NCBI GenBank assembly: GCA_018398765.1
Contig: JAHBMJ010000105.1
Coordinates: 1-56,415, forward strand
Reading direction: 5' to 3'
DNA length: 56,415 bases
From: Chromera velia
Lineage: Eukaryota
Shown here: positions 47,950-56,415 of the stretch, piece after piece
Layout: every line of letters begins with the position of its first letter
How positions within the stretch are numbered: the stretch's first letter is position 1
Translations under genes and position numbers: made by a program
The notes under the pieces: model-generated
Seen by the model: only the letters and a program-made list of their open reading frames with translations
Database searches by the model: none
Told to the model about the DNA's origin: nothing

Positions 47950-50463
47950 GCCTCAGGAAGCCAGCCTGTCAGTGAGGGTGAGGGCGGATCGAAAGGGTGT
48001 CCCCGCGGAGGCTTCTCACTCACACAAAGAAAGGAGCCGGACGTCAGTTGGGGCAAACTTTCCTCCGGGTACAACCGGATACGGAGTCGGGGCTGAGTTC
48101 AGGGAAGACCCGGAGGACCAGCAGAGGTATCGGTGGCTGCAGCCGTATTCCATCACTGCGATTCTCTTCCGTCTGAAGGCGATGGAGACAGAGTTGAACG
48201 GAGTTGAACCGGAGGGTTGACGCATTGAGAACGGAGCACATTCAGTGCAGCAAGTGTGGGAAGGAGTTTCCGGGCCTCGAGATGGCCCGAGACGTGAGGG
48301 TGGACGAGGTGGAAGGCTTCGCGCGCTGTCCGCCAAGCTGCAACGGAAAATTAATCAACCTAGTGAGTCAGTCAGTGGATTGAGGTTCCATCAGCTTCCT
48401 TTGAAAATTGCGCTTGTCGACGGAAGTCCAATCCATCCCTTTGAGCGACCGAACTCGATTGCAGTAACGCTCTTGTCTTTACTACCGAACCTGCAGTGTA
48501 CGATTCCCTCCACTCCAGTAGAGAACAACATTCCTTTCTCCCACTGCTCTCAATCAGCTGACTTGTTTGTTTGCATCATTCAGTCACTCAGTCCGACTGT
48601 CTGTTTGCCCTCTAAAAGAAAATGGAAGGAAACGGTGTCTGCCCGTGTCTGCCTCGCTTGTCTGTGTCTATTCCAGTACAAACATGCATAGGACGATCCG
48701 CCAACATGTGTTTTCAGCAGACGTGTTGCTTTGAAACATTGGTTTGTATGTGTTGTGCAGATCTATACATGCAACTGTGTATGTGCAGAGAGTCGAGATG
48801 CGACAGATACCGCGCTTCGCCCCGAAGGCCCTCGTCGCGCATTGCCAATGGGTCGACGGGGTCAGGGACACTCTGGGACTTCCGAGGCCGCTGTTGGTCA
48901 AGGTCCCAACCATGAAGAATAGGGACACGGCGCTTCAAGGAAAGGTTTTCCTTACCTTTTCAAAAGTAAAAGAGGCGGCTCAATGGAGGGTACTGGGGGG
49001 AGGCTTGTTCTTCGGCCCTGTACCTGTGAAAGTGGTACCGGTGAGAGAGGGGCAACCGCTTCCGACTGCCCCCAAAAAACATGTGCGTAGAACTACTTCA
49101 GGGCAAATAGGGGACGGAGTAGCTGCAGCAAAGACAATTTCTGCAGCTGTTCTTGCGTTCCTGGAGGCAGAGAAAAACGCCTCCGAACAGCCCAAGCTCA
49201 CCTCAGGAGAGCTGACGGCTCTCCTGGACGCGCTTGTCAGCGCCAAGAGCATGGCCGGCGCTGGAGAAGGAAACGGAAGTTGTTTAGCAGAATCCTTTGC
49301 CAAGATCACTACACTTGCGATCACAATGGGAAGCGAGAATATCTCTTTAGACCTCTTGGTCAGTGAAACCTTGTCGGCGTCTATTCCAGTACATACATAG
49401 GACGATCCCACAACATGTGTCTGAGCATGCAGACGTGTTGCTTTGAAAGATTGGTATGTAATATATGTTGCGCAGATCTATACATGGTATTGTAACTGTG
49501 TATGACATTGTGCAGAGTCTCAGAGTGGATATGCGACAGATACCATGGTTTGCACCCAAGGCCCTCGTCGCGCAATGGGTTGAAAGGGTCAGGGACACTC
49601 TGGGACTAGCGAGGCCGCTGTTAGTCGAGGTCCCATCCATGAAGAATAGGGACACGGCTCTTCAAGGAAAAGTTTTCCTTGCTTTTGTAAAAAAAGAAGA
49701 GGCGGCTTAATGGAGGGCATTGGGGGGGGGCTTGTTCTTTGGCCCTGTGCCTGTAAAGGTAGTACCGGTGCGAGAGGGGCAACCGCTCCCTTTGCACTTT
49801 TTTGGAGATGCTCGAGTCCCACAAGGACCTCAGTGGGATCCTCGCTCAGAACTTTGGCGACTCCGTAGTCAGCCTCCTCATGTGCCCAAAGACCGCCGTG
49901 AACCGTTGCCGGGACATTCTTGACTTGGACCCTCTGCAGGTATGTTTATGAAGGCCCAGCAGAAGCACAGCCTTGGAGGGCTGCTGTTGTGGGGGGCGGT
50001 GGGAGGCATCGTGGGGGAGGATGAGAGCATTGGGGTCGTGCTTGGCAGTTCGGCCTGCCAAAAAATGAACAAAGTGTTGGAAGATCTCCTGGTCATTTTC
50101 CGCTTTGGCCTCGAAGCCCCCACCGAGAATTGCACTGCTCAGAAGTGCCAGAGAGTGAGGAAAGATGTGGAAAAAAAGGAAAGGGGGGGACAGGACTTAG
50201 AAATAAGAAAAATCATCACATAACTCTGTGATGACCTGTCTGGGGCGGTAGAGTCGTGCGCCAACAAGATTTTGGCTGCCGCAGACAGAGTCATTCTCCC
50301 CCAAAGCCTAAACCACCCCAAAGAGGCAACGGGAGAAACTAGGGGAGAAAGAATTTCTCCCTTGGCTAAGGCCATAGTGGCAACAAAAACCATTCACAGA
50401 CAGGGAGTCAAGGCAGCGTGGAATGCAGAAAAGGCAAGAATTATGGCGAAAAAAAAAAGGTGA
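47950..50463 (+). pseudogene. Decayed multi-exon gene with a tandemly duplicated RRM-like exon
   Basis: ~400-bp duplication 48668-49062 / 49381-49789 encoding VKVPTMKNRDTALQGKVFLTFSKVKEAAQ (RNP1-like). Stops interrupt otherwise open frames at 48218 (TGA), 49708 (TAA where the other copy has CAA) and 50221 (TAA). Confidence 0.5.
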
Positions 50464-52099
50464 AAGCAAAGAGAAGGCAGGCCAGCAAAGCTCTATGCGT
50501 GAAAACGGATCTTTATGCTGAAGGATGAAAAGTGTTGGCAATAGAATTAACTCATTTTCAGTCTTAAGTATACATAAGTACGCTTAATTACTAAAGCTCT
50601 TTGCATGCAAAATTTGAGCTTCTAAGTCTTTATATAGTTCATAAGTCAGGATCAATTGGAATTTTTGAAAAATCTGAGTGAAAATCCCTAAATATACCAA
50701 AAATTCTAGTAAAATCTCCAGTAACTGCATAGAATAAGAACTGGGAATTCAATTCAAAAATTTATAGGGTTTAGTATAGGACCACTATACTTCATACGTT
50801 ATATACCTGAAACACAAATTCTATATTATATAATTTTACCTTATAACCTATAGGATTTATTTTTGAGTTTTTGCTCGATCATAAAAAAAAAAAGTGAACA
50901 TGCATGCAAGCCGATCTTTTTTTTTTAAGTTGAACAAATATGTTCGACGTTTGGTAATCTCCATCACTAGCTGTATTATTTATAATTGTTTATAAAAAAA
51001 TGTATATATAATGATAATATATCTTTATATAATTATTGGATAATCATCCGACCCTAGATTCTACCATGCTTTTCACTACTACTAGTAAGCAGCTACTTAA
51101 GCCTTGCTTAGTAGTATCAATTAATCATATTATGAAAGATGCATGATTAGCGTAGTAATAAATTTTGATAACTCATTATCTACTTAATTTGAGGTTCTTT
51201 CTAGTGTTCTTTAGATTGTTTAAAAGCATGATCGATTCATGATTCTACTCCCGGGCCGGCTATATGCCTAGAACTCTTCATAATTTTCAACATGAAAATA
51301 CATGAAAAGAAAGCAACAGCTACTCGATATGTATAATTAGTAGATAACGTAGAGATCACATTGGAAGTGGATGTACACATGCAGCCGGAGTATCACAATT
51401 AATTGCGTTCACAATCTCCCTCGCCATCTTTTTCCAAATCGCCAGATTTCTTTGTGTTTTTTCTAGCTCGAAAAGCTGCAAATTTGATTTTCGGTGGGCT
51501 TAAAGAAACCACAAGCGGTTGAACACACTGGACATCTGCTTTCCGTTGATATGTGTTGACATCTCCCAACGTACTACTTTCTTAACCACTCCCCTCGACG
51601 CCCCACAGACATCAATCAGCGCTTGCCAGACATACTTTGAATTGTTGCTTGATCGATTTTCCCCTTTCGAAATGCATGCATATGCTTTCAGTATGCCTTA
51701 GCAGCAGAACTGTTGCAGAAACAGTGCAGAGAAAGCTTATAGAGGGGGTCTCGCCAGGAATAACTGGAAGATCGAAAGGAAGGAAAGTGTGGTAAAGGAT
51801 CGAAGGGAGTTTGAAGAGAAAGTCTAACCCTGATCGGCCGACTGATCGCCTCTCTCTCCTCTTCTCATTGATCGAGTCAGACTGATCAATCCACTACGAT
51901 GATCGGAGAGCGTGCAAGAATCATGTGCTGCACTTTCATGGGGGCCTGGCTGCATGATCGGGAGTAGGGTGAGGGTGAGGGCGGGCTTTCAGAGGGTGGA
52001 CAGACACGGCTGTTTTGGAAGGCTGCTGAGTATGTGGGGGGAAGGGGTCGAGAAGAATTCGGAGGATTTCCTCTCTCTTCGTCTGAAGGTTCTTGAGTA

Positions 52100-54706
52100 G
52101 GACTCCACGAGGATATGTGAGAGAAGTAAGGATGGGGGGTGGTGGGGTCGAGAGGAGACGCTGTGAAGGACTGTCGACATTCGGGTCTGTGTGAGAGAGT
52201 CGGTCACATGAGGGCAGCAGCAGATAACAACCTTCCCCCTCTCCTTCAATCCAGATTCCGAATCCATGCCTTCAACTCGGCACTTCCCCACATCCCCCAG
52301 CAACCCCCCCTCGAGGTCCAGTGACGACGAGTCAGTGCCACTCGGGCTAGCACTCGGGGCGGACAGAGGGGAGAAGAGGGGTTTGGGGAGCCGTTCGGTC
52401 AAGTGCAGCTGCAGTCTGTCAAGAATAGGATGCAGAAGGCAGTCGTCTGCATGGGAGCTGTCAGTGAGCGATGCCTCACGATCGACTGTATCGGAGCCAG
52501 TTGATGCCATGATCGGAGCATGAGGCCTTGACTCTTTGGGTGGAGGGGGGGGGGAGAAGGACCCGGACTGAGCGATGGAAGGATGAATGGAGGAATTAGG
52601 ATTTGAGTCGCGTTCTGCTGCTGGAGAGGGACAAACAGAGGGTGGAGGGAAATGGGTTATTCTCTGTGTTATTCTCTGTTGACAGCTTGCAGTCTGAAAG
52701 CGCTGCGCTCGGCCCTCCCGCCAGGCTTCGTACCATGAAACTGCTATGCGGAACATCTCTATTTGAGCTTCCGCGATGAGCATCCGACGCTCCCACTTCT
52801 TTCACTCCTGGATTTCTATGTCATCATCGTCGTCGTTGAGTGTAGTGCGAAGAAAGAAAATGTTGTGCCGACGGACAGAGAATGGCTTTCTGAAGTCAGG
52901 CAGAAACTCAAACGGCGGAACCGCTGTCGAGGTGTCAACATTCTCTCTCTCCTTTTAGACTTTCTGTCGCATGACTTGCAGCACTCTCTGCAGCTGTATT
53001 GCATAATTGTGGTATTCCATGAAGCGCTCTAGGTTTTTGAGCCTAGAGATGATTGTCTGTAGATGTTTCTGTGCAGCGAGGGAAACAGCATGGAGGGGCT
53101 GCTGTGTTATACTGAGGGCAGCCTTGACGATGTCACAGAGTTCTTCTGAGGCCTCGTCAAACTCGTCCGCCCAGGCTGCTGCCCTCTGCCACTCCCCCCC
53201 TAAACGTATTTTCAACACCTCAGCTGATCTCTTCAAGGCTCTCAGCAAACGCTCGAAGGCCGAGATCTGCTCCTGAAAGCATTGTGTCAGCGCTTCTGCC
53301 TCCTGCATCAAAGTACAGTTGTGCTCAGCTAGCCAGTACATGACTCTGAGGGTGTCAGTCAGCCCGATGGGGGGAGGTTTTGCTGCTTTCAGTCTGAAAC
53401 CCCGAGGAAAATGGAGAGATCCTTCGGCCCCTCCCAACCAGAAGGACCAGTCTCACCCGACACCACCTCCTCGACTTCAAGATATCTGGAGTAGTAGTGG
53501 AAGTAAGTCTCGTCAATCGTCATCAGCTGCCTATGAACTCTTCTGAACAGGGAGAAAGATGGGCCTGTTTTCTCTCTGTCATACTGGGAGGCTACTGCTC
53601 TTACTGCCTGATGAAATTCCTCCTCTACTCTGCGCTTTTCAAAGGACAGTATAGTGACATTCTCATTCTTCTCACGCAAGAAGTAAGCTGGGTCGGGCAT
53701 CTCCTCTATTGGGCTGGGCTCGTGTTTTTGCTTCTTCTCTCCTCTTTTTCCCCCCTTCTCCGTGGTTGTCATCCCCGTCCCTCGTGCCCCTATCGGGCCC
53801 GAAGTGTCATGGGAGTCTTCGGCTGGGAGAGGGGGGAGCGGACGTTGGAAGAGCTCGAGATGGCGATTTCGAAACATCTCTCGTTCTTCGGGGATCAAAA
53901 ACACCCAAAAGTGACGGATGTCCGCGTATCTCTCAGCACGTGATCTGCAAGGGTGGAGGAGAAGGAAGGAACAAACAGAAAAGCAAAGCACGGGGTTTCG
54001 ATGTTATTCAGGACTTCTGAGCAGTTTTGACTTCTGGGACTTTTCGAGTTGCTTCATAAAACTATGCTGACGTAAGATAGGAACAGTTCAAGTGGGGGTT
54101 TGGTGAGTGTTGCAAGTCGGACTTCTACAGGCGGCATAAACGACCGGCACGTTCTGCTGACTCACCGGAGGGAAAGGAAAAGAAGCAGAGAGTTCGTTGT
54201 GCAGGACTTCTGAGCAGTTTTGACTTCTGGATCTATTGAATGGCTTCAGGAGACTTTACTGAAGTGAGATGAGAATATTTCGACTCGGGGCTTTATGAAT
54301 TGACATCATGACTTCGGTAACAAATCGGACTTTCATCGGCTTTCGTGGACAAGTATATACGCTCTGCTGACTTACCGGATGGCCATGAGTTCTTTGAATC
54401 GGCTATCAGTGTCGCCAAAGAGAGACTCCAGATCCATCATGCTCTTGAGAAGTTGAAGTGCCATCTGTGCCTTGGGGATGAAAGTCGCTGAAGTCTCTGC
54501 GGCGTTCAGTTCGTGCAACACTTCCGAAATCTAATCAAACATCTTGTCGAGATCTTCTTCATACTTGTTCACCAGGACAAAAGGGTTTTGATCGAAGGGT
54601 GTGGACTTTTTCACAGTATGAGCAGGTGGAGTCTGAAAGTGATGCCAGTACAGAGATTCCCAGTACTGGAACTCCTCCTGTACTGACTGGACCGAAGTCA
54701 TCTCCA
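52100..54706 (-). pseudogene. Copy B of the lineage-specific gene family with a helical C-terminal region; multiple nonsense mutations
   Basis: Reverse-complement paralog of copy A. CAG>TAG in exon 1 (~54533), a 24-nt deletion and a duplicated intron segment. ORFs 53437-52955 and 52783-51989 are one frame interrupted by TAA and TGA. Confidence 0.6.
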
Positions 54707-55283
54707 TCAACTATCGATAGCTACACTACGAAAGTGCCGAGAGACGACGACTTCCTTTCCGTCTACTGAGCAGAAATTTAGGTTTGTGTAGGAAACACAG
54801 GAAGAAAGATTTAAGACGTGTCACAAAGTTCCCGCTATGAGGAGGAAAGGTGAGGGCAGCCAGGGATTGGTTGACAACTTGAAAGGTCGAATGCCAACGC
54901 AACCAAGGCCATCAAAGAATTGATCTGCCTGATGAGTTGGAGCTGGGCTGCCTTCAACGAATGTTCACACCTTTCTGTTAATGCTGCAGGACTTCAAAGC
55001 ATTATATTAATGTACTACTTGCTGGACTGCATTGAAGCTTGAGAGTCGTTCACCCTGCCGTGGCGATGCTTTTCATGTCAAAGTCTGTAGTTCTGATAGT
55101 GTAACACCCTCGGATGGAGACCAGCTCTGTGGTCTCCGTCTTCACCGCAGAGACCACCGATGACCACTAACAGCCTCACGGTTCTTGTTCTCTTCATACA
55201 TACAATCCGTTTTGAAACGTGTTTTTCCCATTAACATGATTCTTTTAGAGCGTTGAAAGTGTTGGAAGCCGTCATCATTTGTG

Positions 55284-56415
55284 ATGAGGCTCTGGTCTCT
55301 CATTTTTCTGTTTTGGACGTTGGTGGTGGTTTGTGATAGTAGTTGGCTGTCTCGCCTACAGAGCCTACGCTACTCTCGCATGCCGAAGACACTAGTGAAG
55401 ACAGCCAAGGGAGGTGCATATTGGGAGGATCGAATCGATGCTCTCGCAAAGGGTGAGCACACTGGGAAGTCCCATCCCAAGAGCGAACCGTGGAAGAGCA
55501 AGTATGAGAAGGTCAAGGACTGTCCTGCACGGACTAACTGGTTATCGAGATGTGTATATGGGCGCGACCATGACTAGTCCAACCGACTGCAGTCCTCCTA
55601 ATAGCATCGGCAGCCTCAGATGGTGCCCGCAAGCAAGAGCCAACCAACTATCTTGCAAGGTCTGTGATGGCCTGCTTCATTTTTCGACTCTGCTGGTGGT
55701 CTTCGTGTTGGTCTCCGTGTACAGCCCTCATGCGTCTACCTGTCTACACTGTCAATTTCACCCTGCTTTGTTCTTTGCAGCCTTCAAAGGAGGTCTACGG
55801 CAAGCCAGTGATGATCAAGGGGCTTCCTCCATCATCCCCCGTGCCCCAGGTTGGTTGCTTGTTATGCTCTCCGTACGGTGGTCTCCGCTTGGCTTCCTCC
55901 CTCCATTTTCCTCCTTCCTCCCCGTCGGGCCGCTTGCTTTTGCATTGGGCTACACTTTGCTTGCCGTCACTCTCGGACTCTCTCCCATGCATATTCACTT
56001 TCCCTCTGTCACCCTCTGTTTTGCTTTGCTGTCTTGCAGTTCCTGTTTTGGAAACACAGGAGAGTGACAGGAGCGCTGCTGCTGAACCCTCTGCGGACGC
56101 TGCTCCTGAAGTACAGGAGTCTCCCAACGTGGATCCCCCTACAGAGTCTCTTCGTAGCCGCTCTGATGTCCCTGTCGTTAGCATTGCTGTAGCAGCTGCC
56201 GCGCCTGCTGCAGTGCACTCTGCGGGAATTTCAGCAGCTGCTGCGTCCTCCTCTTCTTCAGCACCAGCCCAAGCACCTCCCCCCCAAGCACCGTTCCCCT
56301 CTGCTCCTACCCCCCCTTCTGCTCCACTTGACTCTGCGGGAATTTCAGCAGCTGCTGCGTCCTCCTCTTCTTCAGCACCAGCCCAAGCACCTCCCCCCCA
56401 AGCACCGTTCCCCTC
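55284..56415 (+). CDS. Partial multi-exon gene (or pseudogene) with a Pro/Ala/Ser-rich repeat region, running off the window end
   Basis: Signal-like N-terminus MRLWSLIFLFWTLVVVC. Candidate exons near 55781-55849 and from ~56040, encoding PVLETQESDRSAAAEPS...SAGISAAAASSSSSAPAQAPPPQAPFP. The 5' frame ends in TAG at 55577. Confidence 0.35.
56217..56415 (+). repeat. 114-bp coding tandem repeat (second unit truncated by the window end)
   Basis: actctgcgggaatttcagcagctgctgcg... at 56217 and 56331. Confidence 0.9.

Noticed and set aside
44560..55046. Polinton/Maverick or endogenous virus with long TIRs
   Set aside because: No polB, integrase, ATPase or capsid-like ORF is recognisable, there is no TSD, and the arms are spliced gene fragments.

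Overview
Eukaryotic, intron-rich nuclear DNA. Microsatellite-filled introns, probable plastid-targeted enzymes and TGCATGCA motifs suggest a chromerid alveolate such as Chromera; this is an inference. Host genes: a GrxB-type glutaredoxin that has lost its CPYC cysteines, a Cys-rich probably GPI-anchored surface protein, uroporphyrinogen-III synthase, BUD13 (8 exons), PABPN1 (4 exons), RPB12 (3 exons), a secreted phosphoesterase/non-specific phospholipase C and a large ankyrin-repeat protein. Most are in head-to-head pairs separated by AT/TpA-rich islands. Mobile DNA: a ~7.9 kb dead CRE-like RT-RLE non-LTR retrotransposon with two nested MITEs, a complete 2,043-bp non-autonomous LTR element (403-bp LTRs, CAAGG TSD, tRNA-Leu-like PBS), further MITEs, a CACTA-like element, LINE tails and duplicated pseudogenes. 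The most striking signal is that repeated sequences show near-exclusive transition changes, directional C>T/G>A where polarity can be read (often CpA/CpG), creating TAG/TAA/TGA stops while single-copy genes stay intact. This looks like RIP-type repeat-directed hypermutation in an apparently non-fungal genome. All counts are from manual alignment.
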